A stretch of DNA of 64,000 bases, from assembly GCA_037128705.1 (NCBI GenBank), contig JBAXVX010000009.1, positions 42,620-106,619 of the forward strand, written 5' to 3'. Origin of the DNA: Bacteroidota bacterium (lineage in GTDB: Bacteria; Bacteroidota; Bacteroidia; Bacteroidales; FEN-979). A model generated the notes under the pieces. That model saw nothing but the letters and a program-made list of their open reading frames with translations, was not told the DNA's origin and did not search any database. Numbering within the stretch: the first letter of the stretch is position 1; the number at the start of each line of letters is the position of its first letter. Positions 1 to 9,516 of this stretch are shown here, in pieces. The translations under genes and the position numbers were made by a program.

Positions 1-835
1 CATCGGGTCCGATCGAATCGGTATAATAAACCGGTGGCGTAGGGACCAGCAGTTTTGTGAAATCGACGGAGACGGAGAGCCGGTTATAATCGTCGATGTC
101 CATGGTGAATGACGGGCCCAACCGCAGGGTGGTGGGGATAAAGTCACGAACGATCGAGGAGCTGCTGTACGACATTTTAACACCAATATTTGAAATGTTG
201 AGTCCGAAATCGATGGAGGCATTTGAGATTCCCTTTATCTCCATTTCATGATGATAATAGACTGCGATATCAGCGGCGATGGAGGTTCCAGGCCTTACAT
301 CCACCGGGCCATAATTTACAGGGACGAGGTTAGAATAGATGAAACGGCCCGCCACCGCACCAGAAAATTCCTTTGAAAATTTACGGGCATAGGTTGCATC
401 AATGGTCCATTCGTTGGGTTTTACCTCTCCCAGCTCCTGACCAACATCATTCGTAAACATGACGGCTCCCATGGAGAAGAAACGAAGAGAGGCTGCGATG
501 GCCTGTTTATCGCCTATTTTGCCAAATCCGACTACGGAAGCCAGTCCGATGTCGTTGACAAGTCCGCGCAACCAGGGTACATACCCGATTCCAAATCCGA
601 AAGCCTTGTCAATGAAGGCGTATTTTGCAGGATTCCAGTACATGGAATAGGCATCGGGCGAAGAGGAGACCCCTACATCGCCCATGCCACCTGAACGGGC
701 ATCCGGAGAAATAGTCAAAAAAGGCACGGCTGTCGAGATCACACGTGATCCGTCTGTTGGCTCCGGGGGAAGCTGAGCAAAGGTCCTGGTAATCATCAGC
801 GCAAAAGCAAACAATAAAATTAATCGAATCTTCAT
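1..835 (-). CDS. porV: Type IX secretion outer-membrane protein PorV/LptO. N-terminal 278 aa only; the 3' end runs off the window.
   Basis: My own minus-strand translation from the ATG at 835-833 gives MKIRLILLFAFALMITRTFAQ..AVPFLTISPDARSGGMGDVGV..YWNPAKYAF..LRFFSMG, open down to position 1. It is absent from the ORF track because there is no stop in the window. It lies directly downstream of a porU-like gene. Confidence 0.85.
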   Translation of the reverse strand, partial: MKIRLILLFAFALMITRTFAQLPPEPTDGSRVISTAVPFLTISPDARSGGMGDVGVSSSPDAYSMYWNPAKYAFIDKAFGFGIGYVPWLRGLVNDIGLASVVGFGKIGDKQAIAASLRFFSMGAVMFTNDVGQELGEVKPNEWTIDATYARKFSKEFSGAVAGRFIYSNLVPVNYGPVDVRPGTSIAADIAVYYHHEMEIKGISNASIDFGLNISNIGVKMSYSSSSIVRDFIPTTLRLGPSFTMDIDDYNRLSVSVDFTKLLVPTPPVYYTDSIGPD

Positions 836-876
836 TTTCAAAATTTATAAATATATGATCAACTATGATAAGGCAG

Positions 877-884
877 CAAAAATA
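877..884 (-). promoter_or_regulatory. Candidate Bacteroidota -7 box TATTTTTG upstream of porV
   Basis: The plus strand reads caaaaata, which is TATTTTTG on the minus strand and matches TAnnTTTG. It sits 42 nt upstream of the porV ATG. Confidence 0.4.
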
Positions 885-942
885 ACGCTATTCCGTTTCA
901 GTTATTGTTTCAGTAAGCAATTTGAGGGAACACCTGTCCCAT

Positions 943-3900
943 CTATCTCAAAATCACGAGTTTCTGGTTTGTTTCGCTGTATGCCCCATTCCTGCCCTTA
1001 AAGATGATTTTGTAGGGATAGATCCCGTTGCTGAGTTTCTTACCGTTTGAATCGGTACCGTCCCACGATAAGGGCGGCAGCACCGACAATAGGAGCGATT
1101 CTTCATAGGTGGCGGCAAGGGTGCGGACCATTATCCCGTTCAGGTTATAGATTCGTATCTGGATTTCCATCGAACCACCATAAGATTGTTGTGGCTGAAA
1201 CAGGAAATTGGTAAAGTCGGTCATGGGGTTTGGTGCATTCACGACATTTTTCACCGTAAGCATCGGATGATCTGAAACATAGAATGAAATCGTTTTTTCC
1301 GATGAATTGTCATACATGTCAAACGCTTTCAGCGTCAGGCTATGGGTTCCTGTGGTGAGGGTTGAAAGCGGGAAGGCAATGGTTCCTCGGGTATAGGAAT
1401 CCAGATCAGGGGTAAAATAATCATTTAAAACCAAAGAACGGGCCCGGTCGTTGTCGAGTACTGCTTCAATTTCGTGGCCGATGCCCAATCCAAGATAGTT
1501 GATCCCATTGGTATCGAACAGATCGGCAAGAAGTATGGGCGTGTTCCCGATTTTTCCTCCGGAGATAAAACTCCGTGTATCGAGGTACAGACTGATATCG
1601 GGTCCCTGGTTGCCGGGGATGATGGTATTGTCCCTGCCTCCGATGATGATCCGGTCGGAATACCCTGCAGCTTCATTATCATCGCTGTAGGCGTAATAGC
1701 TCAGCTTTCCGTTCCCGAACTGGAGAGAGATACTCTTCGGAACAGTAAAGGAGAACTGGAAATCCCCCGACTTCACCGGGAAATCCCCTTTAAAAAGGAG
1801 GCTGTTCTGCACCTTAAAATTCTGTGGATGTGAGCCTGATGGTGCCCGATTTCCAAGGGTGGTATTGGTCACCACTTTATCGTATACCTTGCAGTTCACT
1901 ATTCCGTTAAACCCGGAGATTTTTTGTCCGCCTTCATCTTCGATGATCCCGTTAACGGTTGCGGTAGTCAGTCCTTCGACCGTAGCAGGCTGCTGGTCAA
2001 CCGGCTGCCCGTTGATCATGGTAGTTCTTACATTATTGGAGGTAAATGCAATGGTCTGGGCCGGGTCGCCCAAAAGCACAAAATTACGGAGGGAGGAGCT
2101 GTTGCCGTTGTTATTCTTTGATAACCTGATCAGGTCGCCCATCTTGACATATTCATTGTTTTCATCCCGGTCCATCAGGTGGCGGAAGAAACTGGTATCC
2201 AGTTTAATATTCTCCCCGGCAAAGGCAAGCCGTGTGGTGGAGTAAAGAGCAATGGCCCCGCCATCGGGATGGAGGATGACCATTTCGCCGGCGGTAAACC
2301 GTTCGGGGTTGTCAAACCGGCTGAATTCACAGGTTGCCGTTACGAACACCGGAAGCTTTTCTGAATTGCGCCATTGCTCAATATCGGCCGTGGTGAGTAC
2401 CTTTTCAAAGCTCCAGCCGGTTTCTCCGCCATGCCCGGTATAATTCATGATGAGGGTGCCTTTCGCCACGGCGTCGTTCAATGCAGCGTTGGCGTCGGGG
2501 AAGCGGCTTCCACCTGGAATTTCCTGTAACTTGTAGGCATCGAAATAGATCTTATTCACATTAAACAGCGGATATTTGGATCCGACAATGGCGGTTACCT
2601 CTTCGGCCTGATTCAGGTGCATGTTGTCATTTTCATCATCGGCAACAAAGGTGATCGTGTTGCGCCAATCGGATCGCACCGGGTAATTGCCGGTTGAATA
2701 ATGTATGATCTTATCAACCATAGTCTGGGCTTCGGTCACGGTAGAGACGGGCAGCCGGCCGATTCCGATGTCGATGACGCCATTGGCTCCCTGCCCTGCA
2801 TTATCTCCCATGATTCCGAAATAGTCATCGGTTACGTAAGAGGCCATCCCTGTTAATGATTCAACCGACTGGAATGTCGGAATCAGGTTGTTATTCCCGG
2901 GCACCCGGTTCTTCGGGTCGTAGGAACCATCACCAAACAAAAGAAGGTATTTCGGCCTGGTCTGCACGGAACCCTTATCGTACAGCAATTTCATATAATC
3001 ACGAATGGCTGTCGGATCGGGTTGTCCGCAGGAAAATTCATTGAAGACCTGGGTAGAGAGGACCACCTGCGCCGAAATCCCATTGTGTTCACGATGAAAG
3101 TTCGCCAGAAACCCGGCCTGTTGTTGAAACATCGGATTGGTCACAATAACCAGTGCAGTGGGTTCCATCGCATGGAGGTTTTGATTCTGCACCTCCCCGG
3201 CAAACCGCACCGGATAATAAAAAGAATGGTCAAATGCAATGAATTCACGCAAGGTGTCGGTTTCGCGCTTGAATTTCAGCCGGTCGCCCGTCAATGTCGC
3301 AGAAAGTAACCCAATCGAAGAGGGGTTGGTCACATCCCACACTACCACCTGTCCGGTTGCATTTTTCATTTCAAATTCGGTGATTTTTCCCGAGCCAACA
3401 CTGGTCGCATCCCTGAACTGCATCTGGGGAGCAACCCATACAAGGTTTCGTGAGCAACTCAATTCCAGGTAATTAAGCCAGCCTGTCGCATTGGGAGTCG
3501 GCATGTTGTATGTAAGTGTCAGGGTTTGATCCGCTTTGGGAGAGGGAATGGTAGACATTTTGAATTTTGATCGTCCTGCCCGGTTAAGATCAGAGGGTTC
3601 GGATGTATCAACTTTTAAAGAATCGATTCTGTCTCCATGCTGTGATATGATGAAATAGCTTATCGCTGTGCATTTTGCAGCAACATTGGTCCGCACTCTG
3701 ACAGGCAGTGTGCTGTCGATATCGGGGAAGTAGAAGGGGAAATCCCATGAATTTTTTGTAAGGTCAAATACTTCGCCGTACCACTCTTTGCCTGAACGAA
3801 GGAGATTCCGCTGATCAAGTTCGTGGAGGAGAAAATCGTCAAAGCGGGATGAGAAATTGGTGGGGGCTCCTGAAGGGGGTTGCAGGGGCTGCACGCGCCG

Positions 3901-4356
3901 GCCAGGGCCCTGATCGAAATTCAGAAAATAATAGGTCGTGTCGGAATAGAGATTTCTCTGGTGAACAAAAAAACGCGTGATCGGTTCAAAACTCCCCTGG
4001 TCGGCACCCTCTCCGTAAAAAAGAATATAATCGGAGGCATCGAATTTACCGTCACCCCCATCGGCAACCTCGATGGCAATCTCCCTGAGATCATCGGTAC
4101 GCGGGGCCTGATTCACCTCCGGAAGCATCCCGGCTCCATTTCCAAACAGGCGGATGTTATCCGTTGCGAGTGCAGCCGGGTCGATCCCCATGGACTGCAG
4201 ATCGCTGAAGGTGATCTGGTGAATTCCCGGTTCGGTAATGGCTATTTTATACCAACGGCCGGTTGCAAGAACCGACGCGGTTTTGTGCGGTAATCCTGCC
4301 ATTAAAGCAACCGGAATCAGGACGACCAGGAGAAGAAATATTTTTTTTCTAACCAT
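943..4356 (-). CDS. porU: PorU-like T9SS C-terminal signal peptidase (peptidase C25 / gingipain fold), paralog B, about 1137 aa
   Basis: The ORF 943..4383 starts at a TTG; the likely start is the ATG at 4356 (MVRKKIFLLLVVLIPVALMAG signal peptide). C25 motifs are present: LLLFGDGSYDPKNR, NYTGHGGETGW and VFVTATCEFSRFD. The C-terminus looks like a T9SS CTD (NAPNPMTDFTNF..GIYPYKIIF..KLVILR). It is adjacent to porV. Confidence 0.8.
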   Translation of the reverse strand: MVRKKIFLLLVVLIPVALMAGLPHKTASVLATGRWYKIAITEPGIHQITFSDLQSMGIDPAALATDNIRLFGNGAGMLPEVNQAPRTDDLREIAIEVADGGDGKFDASDYILFYGEGADQGSFEPITRFFVHQRNLYSDTTYYFLNFDQGPGRRVQPLQPPSGAPTNFSSRFDDFLLHELDQRNLLRSGKEWYGEVFDLTKNSWDFPFYFPDIDSTLPVRVRTNVAAKCTAISYFIISQHGDRIDSLKVDTSEPSDLNRAGRSKFKMSTIPSPKADQTLTLTYNMPTPNATGWLNYLELSCSRNLVWVAPQMQFRDATSVGSGKITEFEMKNATGQVVVWDVTNPSSIGLLSATLTGDRLKFKRETDTLREFIAFDHSFYYPVRFAGEVQNQNLHAMEPTALVIVTNPMFQQQAGFLANFHREHNGISAQVVLSTQVFNEFSCGQPDPTAIRDYMKLLYDKGSVQTRPKYLLLFGDGSYDPKNRVPGNNNLIPTFQSVESLTGMASYVTDDYFGIMGDNAGQGANGVIDIGIGRLPVSTVTEAQTMVDKIIHYSTGNYPVRSDWRNTITFVADDENDNMHLNQAEEVTAIVGSKYPLFNVNKIYFDAYKLQEIPGGSRFPDANAALNDAVAKGTLIMNYTGHGGETGWSFEKVLTTADIEQWRNSEKLPVFVTATCEFSRFDNPERFTAGEMVILHPDGGAIALYSTTRLAFAGENIKLDTSFFRHLMDRDENNEYVKMGDLIRLSKNNNGNSSSLRNFVLLGDPAQTIAFTSNNVRTTMINGQPVDQQPATVEGLTTATVNGIIEDEGGQKISGFNGIVNCKVYDKVVTNTTLGNRAPSGSHPQNFKVQNSLLFKGDFPVKSGDFQFSFTVPKSISLQFGNGKLSYYAYSDDNEAAGYSDRIIIGGRDNTIIPGNQGPDISLYLDTRSFISGGKIGNTPILLADLFDTNGINYLGLGIGHEIEAVLDNDRARSLVLNDYFTPDLDSYTRGTIAFPLSTLTTGTHSLTLKAFDMYDNSSEKTISFYVSDHPMLTVKNVVNAPNPMTDFTNFLFQPQQSYGGSMEIQIRIYNLNGIMVRTLAATYEESLLLSVLPPLSWDGTDSNGKKLSNGIYPYKIIFKGRNGAYSETNQKLVILR

Positions 4357-4383
4357 TTCACAATTGATTTGCAAAGTTAGCAA

Positions 4384-7300
4384 TTAACGGATAACCACCA
4401 ACTTCGAAGATAGACGTTTGGCTGTTCCGTCGGGTATCATCAGTTGCAGCTGATACACATACATTCCTGAACTGATTTTCCGGCCATCATCCTGGGTGCC
4501 ATCCCATTCAATGGATGCAGCGCGGTAACCCTGCGAATAAATTGTTTGCTTTATGGTTTTAATCAAATTCCCGGTAAGGGTGTAGATCCGGATCTCCACT
4601 TCGGCAGGCTGATCTACCTGGTTTGTTTCCCATGAAAAGGTTGTTTGATCACGCATTGGATTGGGGTAGTTCATCAGGTGCTGAAGCGCAAATTCGGCAG
4701 AAGAGGTAACAATAAAATCCAGCATGGCATCGGAGGAGTTGTTATAGACGTCCCAGACCTTTACGGTAATCTGATGGGGTCCGTCGGACAAAGAACTCAG
4801 TGGATAGTTGATTACTCCGCTTTTAAAGGTATTGAGGTCCGATACATAATAATCGTTGAGGATCATGGGTACGGTCGTCTTACCATCGAGTACTGCGGTA
4901 ATGTCGTGGCCAATGCCATTCCCCACCGTATTCACGCCTGAAGTATCGCTCACATCGGCCAGCAGCACCGGGTTCTGATCGGTGATTCCACCTGAACGGA
5001 AGTGGCGGTTGTTGATATAGAGGGATATTTCGGGACCCTGATCATCGACCGGGGCCTGGTAGTTAAATCCGCCTACCTGAACCCCCTCATCATATCCGTT
5101 GGCATCGGTTTCGGGACTCCTCGCGTAGTAACTGATCTTTCCTACCCCATATTTATAAGCAATGTCTTTGGGAACAATGAAGGAGAAGGAAAATGAACCG
5201 TTGATCACATAGACCTTTCCCTTGTAAACCGGATTTTTGCGCAGGAAGAATTGTACGGGAGGAGCAGAACCCTGGTTGGCCTTGGTCCAAATTTCAGAAC
5301 TTTTATCAAATACCGTGGGGAAGAGGGTTCCGGAAAAATCGACCGCCCTTTGTCCGGACGCATTCTGAACTTCGCCGGTGATGGTCACCTCTGCCAGGGC
5401 TTTCAGTGTGTCGGGAACGGCCATTGAAGTATTCTGGTTGATGGAGGTAGTCGCCACATTGAGGTTCGGATAGGCCATCTGCATCGCCGGGTCGCCCAGT
5501 AAAACGAAGGCGTGGATATTCGGCGCACTTGACATGCCTTTCTTTGCAGCAACCAGGAGGTCTCCCAACCTGGCATAGGCCCCGTCAGTTTTTTTGAATA
5601 CACTGTTGAAGAAGTTAACCAGCAGTGTTTGGTTGGGCCCTGCGTAGGTAAGCCTGGAGGTTGTAAAGAGCGCAACGCCTCCACCCCTGGGATTCAGAAA
5701 GACCCATTCTCCGGCTGAAACCCGTTCAGGATCATCAAAGCGGCTGAACTCACACGTTGCTGTTACAAATACGGGCATATTGTTAAAGTTGTTCCAGTTT
5801 TTGATATCCGGAACCTCGAGGATCCGTTCGTGTGCCCAACCCACCTCCCCTCCATGACCGATATAATTCATAATCAAAGAACCTTTTTCCACCCGTTTGG
5901 TAATTGCATCATTTACTTCGGGATAACGTGCTCCGCCCGGCGTTGAAACGATGGTATAGGCATCAGAATAGATTTTATCAATGTTGTAATTCTTATAGGT
6001 ATCATCAACACCTTTTGCCAGTTCCTCTGAATATTCGATAAACAAATTTCCTTCGTCCTTATTCCGGTCGTCGGAGACAAAGGTTACCACATTACGCCAG
6101 TCGTTCTTCACGGCATCGTCCGGGGAACAATAATGGATCACCTTTTCGACCGATGCTTTTGCCTGGTCGGGTGTATCAACCGGGAGGCGCCCGACGCCGA
6201 TGTTCAGTGTTCCGCTGGCTCCCTGCCCTTCATTGGGATTGAGCAGTCCGAAATAATCATCGGAGACGAAAGAGGAAATGGGGGAGAGTGATGACTCGGA
6301 TTCATAGGCCGGAACAAAATTGGTATTGTTCTGGATCCGGTTTTTATAATCATAGGATGCATCTCCGAACAGGAGAAGGTAACGGATACCTCCACCAGGG
6401 GCCGATTTATCGTATAACATTTTCACAAAGTCGCGGATAGCGGTTACATCCTGGGCACCCGAGGAAAATTCATTGTAGATTTTCTCCGGAGTGGCAATCA
6501 TAACTGAAAAATGGCTGTTTTGCCTGTGGAAATTTGCCAGACGTTCGGCCTCCCCTAAAAAGTCAGGATGGCAAACGATGAGGTAATCGGGAACCGCAGC
6601 GCCATGGAGATTTTGATTTTCAACCCGGCCGACAAACTCAGGGATGGCAAACGAGCTGCCGTCAAAAGCAAGGAATTCCCGCAGCGTATCGGTAGGCAGA
6701 CGGAAAATATAACTGTTTCCCGCTTTGGAGGCCTGGATTGCACGGATGTCACCTCCTTCGGAGACATCCCAAATCTGTACATTCTGCCCGTTCCCATTCA
6801 TCGTGAATTCCGTTACCGTGCCGGGAGAGGCGCTGGCACCAGAACGAAACATCATCTGAGCCCCGTTCATGGTCAGGTGTCTTTTTGCATTGACTTCAAG
6901 GTAATTCAGGTAACCAATGGAACTTGAATTCTTGCGGTAATTCAGACTGATATCAACGACCGGGTTGGAGGTAAGGAAAGTGGCAGTTCCTGATCTTTCA
7001 ACCGCATAATCGCTTTCAAATCCTCCTGAGGTTGATGGCACACTGAGCGACAGCACAACATTTCCCTGAGCCGAGATGGTAAAAGAGCTGCTGCCAACGG
7101 TCGACCGGGCTGCAACATCGGTCTTGAGGGTCACCGGGGCGAGCTCATCAATGTTTGCGAAGCTGAAGGAATAATTTCTGACGGTCGTGATATCAAATGT
7201 TTGCCCGTCCCACCATTCACGACCCGATTTGATCATGTTAAAATTGTCTTTTTCATAAAAGGCATAATCATCAAAACGATCGGTCACATAGGTTGAAGGC

Positions 7301-8235
7301 TGGGTGGTCGAGGTCTCAGATCCCACGCGTTTACCAGGGCCCAGATCAAAGTTCAGGAAGTAGTACATCCTGTCGGAATAGACGTTTTTCCGGTGGTGGT
7401 AAAGGTGATCAAGCCTGTTATAAACCCATCGGTCGGGTGACTGCCCGTAAAACACCAGGTAATCGCCGGGATCAAAACGGCCATCCTCTTCGCCGAAGAC
7501 ATATATGGAATTTTCCCTGAGGTCGTCGGTACGTTTTGCTGAATTGGCCTCCGGGAGCATCCCACCCCCATTGCCATAAATCCTGAGGTTCCGCGGATCA
7601 ACGGAGGCTACATCCACTCCGGCCTTTTTAAGATCTTCGTACGAGATCTGGTAAATTCCGTCGGAGCCCACTGCAAACTTAACCCATGTTCCGGAGGCAA
7701 GAATGGAGTTCGGTGCGTAGGAAACTGTTGATTTTAAAGCGTGAGGAACCTTACCCCTGACCAAATCATAAGAAACAGAAAAGGATGTCAACCGCTCAAT
7801 CAGCCCTGTGGAGGGATTCCTGCGCAGGGGAAGCAGGCTGAGTTCAAGGCTGGGTTTTTTCTTTTGCAGGGTGACCAGGCTCACCGGGTCAATGGCAGCG
7901 GGAATGTTATCCAGTCCCTGGACATTCAGAAGATCAGCCGCAGGAACCTGCACAAATACCTGGTTTGAAATGAGCACATTGACAACAGAGTCATTTTCAG
8001 TCGCCAGTGGAAACAATTTGAGAAATACCGGCAGCAAACCAAACTCCTGTTTCAGAACAGATCCCTGAAATGACATGATCGAAGTCGCAGATGATCCGGG
8101 GTTGCTATACACCTGCAGCGGATTCCACGAAATGGTGAAATTACTTTCAAGGTGTGTTCCCTGGGACTTCCCGGAAAAAAACAACCCGCAAGCCAGGAGG
8201 AAAACACTGATGACGATAGTAAACCGATTTTTCAT
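4384..8235 (-). CDS. porU: PorU-like T9SS C25 peptidase, paralog A, 1283 aa, with an extra N-terminal region of about 170 aa
   Basis: The start is the ATG at 8235 with a signal peptide. The same motifs as paralog B are present: LLLFGDASYDYKNR, NYIGHGGEVGW and VFVTATCEFSRFD. The tail is CTD-like (MNYPNPMRDQTTF..GMYVYQLQL..KLVVIR). Its stop lies 27 nt upstream of the paralog B start. Confidence 0.8.
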   Translation of the reverse strand: MKNRFTIVISVFLLACGLFFSGKSQGTHLESNFTISWNPLQVYSNPGSSATSIMSFQGSVLKQEFGLLPVFLKLFPLATENDSVVNVLISNQVFVQVPAADLLNVQGLDNIPAAIDPVSLVTLQKKKPSLELSLLPLRRNPSTGLIERLTSFSVSYDLVRGKVPHALKSTVSYAPNSILASGTWVKFAVGSDGIYQISYEDLKKAGVDVASVDPRNLRIYGNGGGMLPEANSAKRTDDLRENSIYVFGEEDGRFDPGDYLVFYGQSPDRWVYNRLDHLYHHRKNVYSDRMYYFLNFDLGPGKRVGSETSTTQPSTYVTDRFDDYAFYEKDNFNMIKSGREWWDGQTFDITTVRNYSFSFANIDELAPVTLKTDVAARSTVGSSSFTISAQGNVVLSLSVPSTSGGFESDYAVERSGTATFLTSNPVVDISLNYRKNSSSIGYLNYLEVNAKRHLTMNGAQMMFRSGASASPGTVTEFTMNGNGQNVQIWDVSEGGDIRAIQASKAGNSYIFRLPTDTLREFLAFDGSSFAIPEFVGRVENQNLHGAAVPDYLIVCHPDFLGEAERLANFHRQNSHFSVMIATPEKIYNEFSSGAQDVTAIRDFVKMLYDKSAPGGGIRYLLLFGDASYDYKNRIQNNTNFVPAYESESSLSPISSFVSDDYFGLLNPNEGQGASGTLNIGVGRLPVDTPDQAKASVEKVIHYCSPDDAVKNDWRNVVTFVSDDRNKDEGNLFIEYSEELAKGVDDTYKNYNIDKIYSDAYTIVSTPGGARYPEVNDAITKRVEKGSLIMNYIGHGGEVGWAHERILEVPDIKNWNNFNNMPVFVTATCEFSRFDDPERVSAGEWVFLNPRGGGVALFTTSRLTYAGPNQTLLVNFFNSVFKKTDGAYARLGDLLVAAKKGMSSAPNIHAFVLLGDPAMQMAYPNLNVATTSINQNTSMAVPDTLKALAEVTITGEVQNASGQRAVDFSGTLFPTVFDKSSEIWTKANQGSAPPVQFFLRKNPVYKGKVYVINGSFSFSFIVPKDIAYKYGVGKISYYARSPETDANGYDEGVQVGGFNYQAPVDDQGPEISLYINNRHFRSGGITDQNPVLLADVSDTSGVNTVGNGIGHDITAVLDGKTTVPMILNDYYVSDLNTFKSGVINYPLSSLSDGPHQITVKVWDVYNNSSDAMLDFIVTSSAEFALQHLMNYPNPMRDQTTFSWETNQVDQPAEVEIRIYTLTGNLIKTIKQTIYSQGYRAASIEWDGTQDDGRKISSGMYVYQLQLMIPDGTAKRLSSKLVVIR

Positions 8236-8439
8236 AGGATGTGTTCGGGTGCTGTGCTATAACTTAAAGACAACAAAAGGATCAAAAAGGTTGCTGGTAT
8301 GATAAAATAATTTTCAAAGCCAAAATGTTATTGTCATTTAAACGTTACCTATAGTCAATTATTGTCATTCACGGCCCGCATATTTAATATTATTTTGTAA
8401 TATTGTAAGCCTTAATTCATCAGGAGAGACCTTGCATTC

Positions 8440-9399
8440 ATGATCAGGCGATTTACGGTTTTTTTATTGTTTTCAATCCCCTTCCTGACTGGTAAAGTTT
8501 TTGCCCAGGATCCTGAGTTTTCACAGTTTTATGCCAATCCACTTTACCTGAACCCAGCCCTGGCCGGTGTGACCCTAAATCCGCGTGTCAATGCGAATTA
8601 CCGTAACCAGTGGCCTGGTATGGGCAAGGCTTTTAATACCTACAATTTCTCCTATGATCAGTATGTCGGTTTTTTGCATGGCGGGCTTGGGGTGGTGTTT
8701 ACTGCCGACAGGGCAGGCGGTGGGACACTCAATACGACCATGATCAGCCTGATGTATGCATTTAAATTTAACATCACCTCGCGGATGCAGGCCAGTATTG
8801 CCATCAAGGGAGGATATTACCAGCGGAGCCTTGATTTTTCGAAGCTGATATTTTCGAACCCGGCAGAACCAATACCCAGCCAGACAAAAGTGAGTGTCCC
8901 CGATTTTTCAGCGGGAATATTCCTTTCCTACGATGAATTTATTTACGGAGGATTTGCCATGGAGCATCTGACACAGCCTGACATCGGCTTCTATGCCAAC
9001 AACACGACCCAGTTGTATATGAAATACACAGGGCACATCGGTTCCGTTATCAGCCTTCGGACAAACGGCAGCGCAGATGAAGACCGTGAATTTTCTATCT
9101 CTCCGAATATCCTTTACCAGCAGCAGTATCAGTTTCACCAGCTGAATGTCGGTTTGTACCTGACGATTGATCCCTTCATCGGCGGTTTATGGTTCCGCCA
9201 TAATTTTGAAAATCCCGACGCCATCATCCCGATGCTTGGATTTCATTACAAGAATCTTCGGGTCGGATACAGTTATGACTATTCTTTAAGCCGTTTGATC
9301 AACATTTCAGGCGGTGCCCATGAGGTTTCAGTCTCCTGGCAATTTTCGGTGGCAGAAAAAAGTAGACGAATAAAGGCAATAAAATGCCCGAGATTTTAG
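8440..9399 (+). CDS. porP: PorP/SprF family type IX secretion membrane protein
   Basis: A signal peptide is followed by QDPEFSQFYANPLYLNPALAG, the typical PorP/SprF N-terminus. The predicted beta-barrel ends in a C-terminal F. Confidence 0.8.
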   Translation: MIRRFTVFLLFSIPFLTGKVFAQDPEFSQFYANPLYLNPALAGVTLNPRVNANYRNQWPGMGKAFNTYNFSYDQYVGFLHGGLGVVFTADRAGGGTLNTTMISLMYAFKFNITSRMQASIAIKGGYYQRSLDFSKLIFSNPAEPIPSQTKVSVPDFSAGIFLSYDEFIYGGFAMEHLTQPDIGFYANNTTQLYMKYTGHIGSVISLRTNGSADEDREFSISPNILYQQQYQFHQLNVGLYLTIDPFIGGLWFRHNFENPDAIIPMLGFHYKNLRVGYSYDYSLSRLINISGGAHEVSVSWQFSVAEKSRRIKAIKCPRF

Positions 9400-9474
9400 T
9401 TATATATTCTCAATAGCGATAATTTCGATTTGACGGGTTGTTCTGAAGCTAAGTTAACTCGCATAAATATTTGC

Positions 9475-9482
9475 TAATTTTG
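9475..9482 (+). promoter_or_regulatory. Candidate -7 box TAATTTTG upstream of gldJ
   Basis: Matches TAnnTTTG, 35 nt upstream of the ATG at 9517. Confidence 0.4.
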
Positions 9483-9516
9483 AGGATTTCATGTAGGTTT
9501 GCAAAAATTTTCAACA

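Noticed and set aside
459-650. 63-aa plus-strand ORF at the left edge.
   Set aside because: It is antisense to the PorV coding sequence, which reads cleanly across this region.
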